Shown here in pieces: positions 35,718-46,700 of a DNA stretch of 64,000 bases. The position numbers and the translations under genes are program-made. The stretch's first letter is position 1. Each line of letters starts with the position of its first letter. The notes below the pieces were generated by a model. The model had not been told where the DNA came from, did not search any database, and was given only the letters and a program-made list of their open reading frames with translations. The stretch spans positions 3,038,001-3,102,000 of the forward strand of contig OZ218957.1 in NCBI GenBank assembly GCA_965112735.1. Reading direction: 5' to 3'. Source of the stretch: Phaeosaccion multiseriatum. Taxonomy: Eukaryota; Protista; Ochrophyta, other classes.

Positions 35718-36684
35718 GAGGGGATGACACGAGCGTGGGCGTGCGTGCATGCGTACGTGCGTGCGTGCGTGCGTGCGTGCTTGTGTGTGTATGCGCGCGC
35801 TGGGGAGGCGCTTCCTAATTAATGTCGACTATGGGATGCTCCACACAATGGCGTGGGAGTTGGAGGGGGGAGGGGAGGACATGATGAGTGCGCAGCGCAG
35901 CACGCAGTTTCGTGGGACATTGGAGGAGGAGGAGGAGGGAAGATATTGAGGGAGGAAGGCGGAGTATGGGGCGAGTTATGGGGTCAGAACAACAAATGGT
36001 TTTATTAGGTTTTGTTTTTGTTTTGTCTTAATTAAGTCTCCATATGAAGAGGAAGGAGGGCATATGGAGGGAGCGCAGTGGAAGGATTAGTGAATAGGTG
36101 GTTTTTGAATCGTACTTTAAAATAAAAATATAACGGTTTACGCCCCCCCCCCCCCCTCCCCTAGGACATGTTCAACTTCCCTTCTTACAATCGAGCTGCG
36201 TTTGGCGGGTCCGGCCCAATCAGGCCCAATCAGGCGGAGACGAGGAGACAGAAGAAGGGAAGAAGGGGGCTGCGGCTCCTCCCACGCTCTTCTGTACAGG
36301 AGCGAAGAGACTGCCCGTTTGATGTTCTCCAATCACTCACTTCTCTTGCTCGATGCTCGGTGCCAAGTACCACTACGAAAAGACGCATATCATCCCTGCT
36401 TACGTATGCTATATTACGATTCCAATTATCGAGCTACGGAACAAGTGAGACAGGTGGGGTATACATGGATAGGATAGTTTGAGTTTGAAGTGTCAGCCAT
36501 GATTGCAGCATGAACCTGCGAGCGATTTGTTGGACCACCAGACTTGCCTCTGAGACTCATCCTCACTGACCGAGCGGCTGACGATGACGCCACCCCTCAT
36601 GACCTCATCAACCCATTGGGCCTTTGATCTGTGATCGTCATCTCAACCTCCACGGCACCTCATCATGTTCATCTCCCCATCCTC

Positions 36685-38310
36685 TCACTGGGCCCCTGAC
36701 CTCGATCTCCGAGGGGGGCCTGTACGTGTGCCCCCCGTCCCTCCCCTCTTCCTCCCGCTGCTGCCGCTGCTGCTAAAGTTGGCCGGGTCTGTCGTCTTCC
36801 TCGCAAGCCTCGCCTCCATCTCTTTCCTCGTGTCTGCCATGCTCATGGGCTTCTCAGCCTGCATATCGTCGTCGTCGTCCTCACTGGGCACATCGGGCAC
36901 TTCGATACCCGACGCCTGCTCCCAGGAGGGCGGCCGACCGGGGCCAGATACAGGGCTCGAGGCCGGGTCGTTGAGAGCAAGACGCCGGGAGTAGGCTGTG
37001 ATGACTTGAATGCTGCGCTGCTCAATCACGGACATAAAGTCCAGCATGTTGCTCTCGGTAATGCCTTGTACGGAGAGCATGGAGAGCAGCCCTTCGGGGC
37101 CCGACCGCTTGCTCACCCCTTCCTTGGCGGACATTTGTAGGAACTGATCGCACTGTATCTTGAAGAAAATGCTCTGTACACGCTTGGCAAGCTTCTCAGC
37201 GATGATCTGGCAGCTGGCCGCGCGTTGCTCCCAGTCGTCCCGGGCCTGCTGCTGCTCGCTTAGCTTCCTCTTGAGGTCGGCAATGGTGGCCACTCGCTGC
37301 TCCTCCTCCACCAACTGCTCGGCCTCGTAAGCCTTAATCTCCCTCTCGAGCTCCTCCGTCTTCTCCTGCGTCTGCTCCGTCTCCGTAATCACACTCTGAA
37401 TGTAGTTGAAGAGGCTAAAGTGCTCGTCCTCCTGCTTCATAAACACTGTCACGAGTCGATCCAAATCGTCGATGCCAGAGGCCGTCTTGAGCTTCCCAAA
37501 GGCCTCTTGGTACCATCGCTGTTTGTCCTCAATGGCGGCTCCATTGTCGTGCTCGGCCTTGAGCGACATCTCGAGCTGCTTGAGTTGGTTCTTCGCGGCT
37601 TCCTCTTCCGCTTGTGACATGGTGCCCGCGTACCCGACGTCGCTAAATTCCCCAACGGCCTTGCAAGCCTTCGTGGCTTCCAACATGGACTGCTCAAACT
37701 TTTCGTTCTGCTTTGCCACGTATTCGTCCAGCTCCGCACTCCGCTGTTCGTAGTCCTGCGTCTCGCAGCGATTCGACTCGGAAATCTCCTCAATGCCCTT
37801 CATCAAGTCTTCTCTCTCCTCGTTCAGCACGGCGGCTCTGTCCATGTAGGCAGCGATATCGTCCTGCAACAGCTTAATATCTGACTCGAACTTGGCATGC
37901 ACTCTGTCCGACGTTAGCCGCTTCTTTCGCATGTGATCGATCTCCCCCTTCTGCTTCATGTTCTCATTCACAATCTCGCTGTGCCGTATCAGCATCTTGT
38001 TCAGCCTCGCCTCCAAGATGCTCACCAGCTTCTTCTGATTTCGGTCCGCCTGCTTGGTAGGGTCCAGCCCATCTGCGCGACTGTGCGCGGGGTTCGCAGT
38101 GAAGCGGTGCAGGTTCAGAACGTCCACTGCCCCGGCCTTGGTCCGCACCCGAAAGGATTGAATGGCCTCGTCAACCTTCCTGATATCCTCATCAAGCTCC
38201 TCCGTCCGCCTCTGCTCGCTAACCATCTGCCGAGTGTACACATCTCCCTTCAGCTGGAGCATACCAATATGCTCCGTGATCTTCTTCTGCTCTTGCGTAT
38301 TCGTCACCAT
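36685..38310 (-). CDS. Outer dynein arm docking complex subunit (ODA-DC2 / CCDC114 / CCDC63 family) coiled-coil protein; intronless
   Basis: 541-aa coiled coil with the family motifs ILEARLNKMLIRHSEIVNENMKQKGEIDHMRK, YQEAFGKLKTASGIDDLDRLVTVFMKQEDEHFSLFNYI and GITESNMLDFMSVIEQR. Confidence 0.85.
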   Translation of the reverse strand: MVTNTQEQKKITEHIGMLQLKGDVYTRQMVSEQRRTEELDEDIRKVDEAIQSFRVRTKAGAVDVLNLHRFTANPAHSRADGLDPTKQADRNQKKLVSILEARLNKMLIRHSEIVNENMKQKGEIDHMRKKRLTSDRVHAKFESDIKLLQDDIAAYMDRAAVLNEEREDLMKGIEEISESNRCETQDYEQRSAELDEYVAKQNEKFEQSMLEATKACKAVGEFSDVGYAGTMSQAEEEAAKNQLKQLEMSLKAEHDNGAAIEDKQRWYQEAFGKLKTASGIDDLDRLVTVFMKQEDEHFSLFNYIQSVITETEQTQEKTEELEREIKAYEAEQLVEEEQRVATIADLKRKLSEQQQARDDWEQRAASCQIIAEKLAKRVQSIFFKIQCDQFLQMSAKEGVSKRSGPEGLLSMLSVQGITESNMLDFMSVIEQRSIQVITAYSRRLALNDPASSPVSGPGRPPSWEQASGIEVPDVPSEDDDDDMQAEKPMSMADTRKEMEARLARKTTDPANFSSSGSSGRKRGGTGGTRTGPPRRSRSGAQ

Positions 38311-38599
38311 GGTTCCACAAAAAAAGGAGGCCTAGGCCTCGACCCACTCTCTTTCCTCTTCAAGGGGGGAGGGCTCCGCGTCCGCTGCTGGGAGGCACCA
38401 CGCCTCTTGCCGTGAGCGGGCCAGAAATAAGCAGTCGGCCGCCGGCCAAACTGTGCTCCCTTCTTGGCGTTTCGATTTTCCAACAGATGGCGCCTGAATT
38501 CCATGTGCAGAACTTCTCTCTCTATAGATGGCACTTAAAGGGTGTTTTAGCTCTCCCGAGCCTTCTCTGTGGCTCCCTGTGGTTCCCTCTCTGCTTCTG

Positions 38600-39696
38600 A
38601 TGGCCGCGTACCAGCAGCGTGTGCGCCACGGAGGAAGTGAAAGTGGCAGCGGCAGTCGGGGAAGAGGCGGAGGACGAGGCGGGCGAGGAGGAGGGATGGG
38701 CAGGGGTCTGGGAGGGCGAGAGGGAGCGGCTGGAAACAATAGGGAAGCAAGGGGGCACCAGGAAAAGCTCCCGGATGGCGCAGAGGTGCGACCCAACGGG
38801 GATATAGTTATCCCCGCTTCGCAGAGAGCTGACGGCACGTGGAGGAAGGAGAGGAAGGTCCGGTCGGGCTATAGGGCGCCGGACGAGATTGCCAAGTACG
38901 ATGTGCATGCTGCGAGGGTACGTGTAGGTTTTTTCTTCTTCTTGAGATTCGGAAGTATCGAAGGAAGAGTGACGGGGCCAGCAATACCTTTTGAAACACT
39001 CACTGACTTGGCCTTGACTGTACGAGGGCAGGAGGAGTGAGAGGATCAGCAGCCTTTGCTTGTTGTGATTGCTATGGCCATACGTGCTGCCCCCCTCTGC
39101 TCCACGTATTGCCATGTTTCCGCTCCTTTTCGGGCGAGTTTTCCCAACAGGAAGCACAGCGAATTGTGTGCTCGTGTTTACGGTGGTGTGGCACTGACTC
39201 TGTCGCCTTGTTGTGGAATGCTTGTCATCGCCTTTGACCGACCTTCTATCCGCCTCGGGGTGCTCACGCGCGGACACAACAGGCTAGAAGAGAGCAGGCA
39301 AGGGCCCAGCTGGGGCAGCAGCAGCAGCAGGAGCAGAAGCAAGAGCAAGAGCAGGGGCAGGATTTGGTACCCTCGATTGCAAACCTACGCCTTGGACCAA
39401 GCTCCTCCACCGACAGCAGTAAGAAGAACAGCGATGCTGGCCCTTGCCCGAAGCCTGCCATCAAAGAGAATGAGAAGAGCTCCCGCTATGCTGACCTCGA
39501 GTCAGAGGTGCGCGACTTGGTGCACGCCTTGTCAACAAAGCTGGAAGCGATGTCACAGATGGCAGCGAAGGAAGCGAATGGAGGAGGTGCTCGTCGATCC
39601 GATGCGGAGGGAGAGCGTCTGCGGCGACGAGCAGAGCTGGTGCGACAGCTCGTGACCATGCAGGGCGATGAGGCCGGGGGCGGAGAAGGTCGGTAA
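38600..39696 (+). CDS. PYM1: Partner of Y14 and Mago (PYM/WIBG); exons 38600-38917 and 39283-39696
   Basis: Mago-binding motif IVIPASQRADGTWRKERKVRSGYRAPDEIAKY. Donor AGG|GTACGT and acceptor AACAG|GCT are in frame with a C-terminal coiled coil. Confidence 0.85.
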
Positions 39697-39903
39697 ACAA
39701 CGAGCGGGGGCGGAGCACAGAGCGCATTCGCCACAACCTCTGCGTTCTGTGTGTGGATGGAACGTGACCAGAGGACCAGCGAGGCAGCGAGGCATCGAGG
39801 CAAGCGAGGGGAGAAGGCCAAGCGCACGAGGAAGCCAACGTCAGGAGGGTTGGACTGGGTGGAGGTGCTGCAGCCATCGCCATCGCCGTTACCGCATCAT
39901 CCA

Positions 39904-40783
39904 ATGGCGTCCCAGGGCCCGAGGCGGACGCTGGTAGAGGTGAAGAGAGCGCTGCTTCGGCCTCGCAAGAAGCTCAAGCCTGCGCTGCGGCCATCCAGTA
40001 TGATCCCAGCAAGCAAGTGGAGCATTCTCAGAGGAGACAAAGTAGAGGTCATTAATGGGCCGTGCGAGGGCTAGAAGGGAACGGTGAAGGACGTCATTCG
40101 GTGAGTGGACTGGGCGATGCTGCCCTGGGTGGGGCTGGGCTTGGGGAGGAAGGGTGATGCTTCCAGGAGCAGCAGTAGTAGGGTGGGGTGAGAGTGCTCT
40201 ACTTTAAGGGTACCTCTCTCCCTCTTTGTCTCTCTCTCGCTCACTCACTAAACTGATCAATCCATTTTCTCTCAGTTCCTCCCGCTGCCCTGCGATGGGA
40301 CTGGGCTTAGGGAAGACGAGTTATGCTTCCAGGAGCAGCAGTAGGAGGGTGAGGGATGCCCTCTCTGTCTTTCTCTCTCTCTCTCTCTCACTCACTCACT
40401 CATTCACCCATCGGTCCCTCTCCATGCCTCTCACGTCTCTCTTCTCTCTCTTCTCTCTCTTCTCTCTCTTCTCTCCGTCTCTCTCTCTCTTTCCGTATCT
40501 CTGTCCTCCCCCCCCCCCCCCTCTCTCTCTCTCCATCTCTCTTCTCTCCCTCTCTCTCCCCGGGCTCTCTCCCTCGTCACATGCTCACATACCCATCCAT
40601 CCTGTCGCGGGGAGACAGGTGCGCGTGTCGAAGCGCTCAGGGGCAGTTATTCCGCGTCCGGCCATTCTGCGAGAACGCCGCAACCCCAGGCCTATGCAAG
40701 TGGGGCCCAAAGACACGGCCAAGGAGGATGTGGAGAAGGTCACCTTCAAGGGCCTGGACAGCTTCGGGAAGGAGATTCGGTGA
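39904..40783 (+). pseudogene. Mitochondrial-type ribosomal protein uL24, apparently disrupted (in-frame TAG at 40072-40074; central exon missing)
   Basis: KOW motif KWSILRGDKVEVINGPCEG*KGTVKDVIR, then a donor at 40101. The last exon, 40619-40783, is VRVSKRSGAVIPRPAILRERR..GPKDT, typical of the uL24m C-terminus. The intervening V-EG-N...EAPIH-SNV region is not found. Confidence 0.7.
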
Positions 40784-40853
40784 CGGCAGAGTGCCGTCCA
40801 GAGATGATGATGCTGATGATGATGGCACAGGGTATAAGCGTTTGTGGTGTGAG

Positions 40854-40885
<32 letters not shown>

Positions 40886-42002
40886 CCGGCTTTCGGCTTT
40901 CTTGTGGTGTGGGGAGAGAGAGGGAGCGAGCCCTGGTGTCCAGGCACGGACAAACCTGCATACTTGCTTTAGGGGGAGGAGCCAAATCAGATCAGTCGCC
41001 AGTGGGGAAACAAGTGGCTTGGCCTGCGCTGAAGCGTTTCGTTCGTTCTTCCGTCCCGAGTAGGGCGGGTGGGCCCGCCTGTCTGTCCGCCCGCCCCCAC
41101 GCAGGAGCACGACACAACGACTCGGCACTCGGCAGCGAGCAGCACACCGTGGGAGGGGGGGTGGCGAAGGAGTGACGTAGCACCACCCCTACTCTTGTCT
41201 TCCTCTCGTCTTATCGTAGGGGCTGGGGGAGGGGGGGGTGGCGTGTGTCTTGGGGCTTGAGGGATCGGCGATCCGGCGATGGACACTTGCCCCACCCACA
41301 GATGGATTGATAAATCGATCGATCAGATGGGGCACTGGGTAGGCGGGACCGTACCCGTCATGATTCCTCTACACGCTGGTGGTGTAGGGGGTGCTGTTGG
41401 CAGGGGAGACAGTTCATGACCTGATCAGTGTAAAATGGATTGGATAGATATCGTAAGTCAGTAAAATCCCGCGTAACGTCTCCTTCTCTTCGATCTCTCT
41501 TCTGTCCGATATATCTGTCCCTCTCTTTCCTGTCCTAAAGAAGTAGTACTACTGCGTGCTTCGCCATGGAGCAGTACGGCTCATTTGACCTGTCGGAAGC
41601 TCGTCAGTCGGGTGTTGGGGGTGGGGGGGTTCCAACAACATTCGGGGCGCTCGCTCTTGGTGCCACTGCACAAAGATCCATGTCCGCGATATCGGTGAGG
41701 CGCACAGGAAGGAGCACAGGCAGGGATTGTGCCAAGGGGAGAAGGTGGATGGCAGTTGAATGTTTCTCTTCCGCGTGGGTGCGTTTCGAAGTGGTTTCTC
41801 ACGTTGCTCTGCTCAATTTGGCGTGTGTTCATGTTGCTCTGCTCCAGAAACGGTGGAAAGAGGAGCGTGCAGGCACCGGGGAACATGGATTGTGCGAGCA
41901 ACATGATTCCTGCGAGGGAGGGAGAAGGAGGCTCCTCACTTTCCAACTCACTCCCCAAAAAAGCCTCCAGCACTCTCCTTCTTCCAATCCCTCCTCAATA
42001 CC

Positions 42003-43428
42003 ATGAAGACTTCCGCTACCGCCCTCGCCCTGCTGGGCACCTTCGCTATGGCAGCTGCTGGCGAATCCCCTGAGTCTTCCAAGATGTCTGAAATGTCCTC
42101 GGTGAGTAGTAGAGTGGGTGGGTGAGTTCGGGGCAGTTGGGCCGGGTGTGAGTTCGGCCGGGGCAGCAGTAGTAGTCGATGGGGGTGGTGGAGGCGCGAG
42201 GCGGTCATCGGTGCTTCTCTCTCTCTCCCTCGCTGTTGCAATGAGCCCCCTCTGGCTGTTGATGCTGGTGATTGGAGTCTGCAGTACTAAAATTTCCTCT
42301 CGCTCGCCCCCCCCCTTGCTCCCTTCTGCGGCACCCAAACACGGACGACGGCACGACACGGCACGCACGCGATAGTACAACGACATCTCCTGCCCCAACA
42401 GTTGCCCGGATGGTTTGGTGGCCATGGGCAAGAAGTGCTCTGACCACAACGAGGTGAGCGAGTCGAGGAACTACGAGGCAGGGAGGGAGGGGCTGGGTGT
42501 ATGACCTGATGGATATGGCTCTCCCTCCATGCTTCTACTTGCTAACCCCGCCCCGCTGCTCTACTGCTCCTGCTCGACTCAGTGTGGCATTTTCGGGAAA
42601 GATCACTGCAACCTCACGATCAACCTGCCTACGTGCAAGGACGTCGACGGCGAGAACGACACGAAAGAGTACCAGGTCAAGGGCATGTGCATGAACTTGG
42701 ACGCCACAATGGAGGACGGATTGGCCTACAAGTGCGTGTATGATCACACCGTGGTGGTGTCGGTCTGCGCCGTGGACAACGACATGGACCTCCCCAGCGC
42801 GGACGCCGGCAACATGGACGGCAAGCGTGCGCTGCGCAGCGTGGGAGGCGATGGCGAGATTGTCGCCGGTGCTAATCGCCTCGTCACCATGGCGTCTTCG
42901 GCCGCCATCGAGAAGTATGGAGACCACTCGACCGTGTGCGCGGAGGGCTACGAGAGCGTCATCGACCATCAGACCAACGCCGTGGTGTGCAAGGGCGGCG
43001 CGAGCGCCGAGCGTCGCAGTCTCACAGACAAGACGCAGGACTCATGCCGGAGCACGTGCCCGAAGGGGCAATTCCCCACGAAGTGCGTTTGCCCGTGGCA
43101 GGAGTCGAAAACATCGCCCGAGACGTTCTGCATGGGGATTGTTCACGACAACAAGTTCGAAATCAAGAAAGCCTTCCCCGGATGGGAGAATGATAGCCCT
43201 AGCATTAACGTCTTGCTCGATGGCGATTACGCCAACGCAGAGGGGGAGAAGTGCACCGTGTACGGCACTACGAATCACTGCAAGGACAGTCTGGACTACG
43301 TTCACTCCTGCGATTGGAAGTGCAATCCGTACTCCATCGACTTGGACTGGCCCCATACTGAGCAAGATGGAGGGCTGTGCAAGCTCAAGGGCTTGAAGAA
43401 CGAGAAGGATGGTTCCTCTAAGGAGTAG
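42003..43428 (+). CDS. Secreted cysteine-rich protein of unknown function, about 340 aa; exons 42003-42101, 42376-42453, 42583-43428
   Basis: Signal peptide MKTSATALALLGTFAMAAAG; two phase-0 GT-AG introns; about 21 Cys; strong GC3 codon bias. Confidence 0.8.
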
Positions 43429-43799
43429 TCTTCTACGAATGATGCATTCTTGCTTTCGTTCGGGCTTTGCTTTGCTGTGCTTTCTTCACTTTTTTCTCCA
43501 TTTCACTTTTATCTGTTGTTTTTTCTCATTATGATTGCCTCCAAGAAGTAAGGTACTTTGGTACTTTGGTATGTGTTAAGTGTCGGTGGGGAGGATGTGA
43601 TGCGTATAGTATTAATTCATAGTAGTAATATTTAAGCTCCAACCCTCAACGTCTTTTAAGCCTGTATCTGGGCAGCTCCCCTCGCCCCTCCGCCGCTCCA
43701 GCCAGCCCTTGCGAGGAGAGAAGCGTAGCCTAATCGCTAATGCCCTGTCGCCCCCCCCTGATGACGGCTGAATGCATCATCACGCACTCCTTCCTCACG

Positions 43800-46700
43800 C
43801 ACTCACTCGTCATGCACTTACTCACTCACTCACTCACTCACTCACTCACTCACTCACTCACTCACTCACTCACTCACTCACTCACTCACTCACTCACTCA
43901 CTCACTCACTAACTCACTCACTCACTCACCTATGGACTCACTCACTCACTCACTCACTCTCTCACTCACTCACTCACTCCCTCACTCACTCACTCACTCA
44001 CTCACTCACTCACTCACCTATGGACTCACTCACTCACTCACTCACTCACTCTCTCACTCACTCACTCATTGACTCACTCATTGACTCACCCATTCACTGC
44101 TTCACTCACTCACTCGCTCACCCATTCACTCACCCTTTCAGTCACTCAGTCACTCAGTCAGTCAGTCAGTCACTCACTCACTCACTCAATCCCATACTCA
44201 CTCACTCACTCACTCACTCAATCACTCACTCACTCACTCGATCACTCACTCAGTCACTCAGTCACTCACTCACTCACTCACTCACTCACTCACTCACTCA
44301 CTCACTCACTCACTCACTCACTCACTCACTCACCATTTCACTCACTCACTCACTCCCTCACTCACTCACTCACTCACTCACTCACTCACTCACTCACTCA
44401 ATCACTCACTCACTCACTCACTCACTCACTCACTCACTCACTCACTCACTCACTCACGCACTCACTCACTCACTCACTCACTCACTCACTCACTCACTCA
44501 CTCACTCACTCACTCACTCACTCACTCACCCACTCACTCACTCACTCACTCACTCACTAACTCACTCACTCGCTCACCCATTCACTCACTCACTCACTCC
44601 CTCACTCACTCACTCAATCCCTTACTCACTCACTCACTCAATCACTCACTCACTCACTCACTCAATCACTCACTCAGTCACTCACTCACTCGCTCACTCG
44701 CTCACTCACGCACCCACTCACCCATTCACGGCTTCACTCACTCACTCACTCATCCATTCACTCAGCCTTTCACTCACTCACTCACTCACTCACTCACTCC
44801 CTCACTCACTCACTCACTCAGTCACTCCTTCACTCACTCACTCACTCACTCACTCACTCACTCACTCACTCACTCACTCACTCACTCACTCACTTACTCA
44901 CTCTCTCACTCACCCACTCACTCTCTCACTCACCCATTCACGGCGGCTTCACTCACTCACTCGCTCACCCATTCACTCACCCTTTCACTCCCTCAGTCAG
45001 TCAGTCAGTCACTCAATCTCGCACTCACTCACACACTCAATCCCTTAATCACTCCCTCACTCGCTCACTCACTCACTCACTCACTCACTCACTCACTCAC
45101 TCACTCACTCCCTCACTCACTCACTCACTCACTCACTCCCTCACCCACTCACTCACTCACTCACTCACTCACCCTTTCACTCACTCACTCACTCACTCAC
45201 TCACTCAATCACTCACTCACTCACTCACTCACTCACTCACTCACTCACTCACTCACTCACTCACTCACTCACTCACTCACTCACTCACTCACTCACTCAC
45301 TCACTCACTCACTCACTCCCTCACTCACTCACTCAATCACTCACACACTCAGTCAATCACTCACTCAGGCTCTCACTCACTCGTTCACTCGATCACTCAC
45401 GCACCCACTCACTCACTCACTCACTCACTCACTCACTCGCTAACCCATTCACTCACCCATTCCCTGCTTCACTCACTCACTCGCACACGCACTCGCTCAC
45501 TCACGCACTCACTGTCTCACTCACTGACTCACTCACTCACTCACTCCCTCACTCACTCACTCACTCACTCATTCACTCACTCACTCACTCACTCACTCAC
45601 TCACTCACTCACTCACTCACTCACTCACTCACTCACTCACTCACTCACTCACTCACTCACTCACTCACTCACTCACTCACTGACTCACCCACTCACTCAC
45701 TCACTCACTCACTCCCTCACTCACTCACTCACTCACTCACTCACTCACTCACTCACTCACTCACTCACTCACTCACTCACTCACTCACTCACTCACTCAC
45801 TCACTCACTCACTCACTCACTCACTCACTCACCCATTCCCTGCTTCACTCACTCACTCCTTCACTCACTCACTCACTCACTCACTCACTCACTCACTCAC
45901 TCACTCTCTCGCTCCCCCATTCACTCACCCACTCACTCTCTCACTCACCCATTCACGGCGGCTTCACTCACTCACTCGCTCCCCCATTCACTCACCCTTT
46001 CACTCACTCAGTCAGTCAGTCCGTCAGTCACTCACGCACTCACTCACACACTCAATCCCTTAATCACTCCCTCACTCGCTCACTCACTCACTCACTCACT
46101 CACTCACTCACTCACTCACTCACTCACTCACTCACTCACCCACTCACTCACTCACTCACTCACTCACTCACTCACTCACTCACTCACTCACTCACTCACT
46201 CACTCAATCACTCACTCACTCACTCACTCACTCACTCACTCACTCCCTCACCCACTCACTCACTCACTCACTCACTCACTCACTCACTCACTCACTCACT
46301 CACTCACTCACTCACTCACTCACTCACTCACTCACTCACTCACTCACTCACTCACTCACTCACTCACTCACTCACTCACTCACTCACTCACTCACTCACT
46401 CACTCAATCACTCACTCACTCACTCACTCACTCACTCACTCTCTCACTCACTCACTCACTCACTCACTCACTCACTCACTCACTCACTCACTCACTCACT
46501 CACTCACTCACTCACTCACTCACTCACTCAATCCCTCACTCACTCACTCAATCACTCACACACTAAGTCAATCACTCACTCAGGCTCTCACTCACTCGCT
46601 CACTCGATCACTCACGCACCCACTCACTCACTCACTCACTCACTCACTCACTCGCTCACCCATTCACTCACCCATTCCCTGCTTCACTCACTCACTCGCA

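Noticed and set aside
40072-40074. TAG reassigned to Gln (alternative genetic code)
   Set aside because: TAG terminates the YghU-type gene at its expected C-terminus (25441-25443) and the secreted protein (43426-43428). No other conserved gene here has internal TAG or TAA.
41566-42006. 146-aa ORF upstream of the secreted protein
   Set aside because: No recognisable motif or codon bias; probably promoter or UTR sequence.
158-43400. Numerous overlapping or antisense ORFs (e.g. 2794-3843, 4612-5361, 25495-26244, 37933-38415)
   Set aside because: Shadow frames of GC-rich, triplet-repeat coding sequence with no independent motifs.
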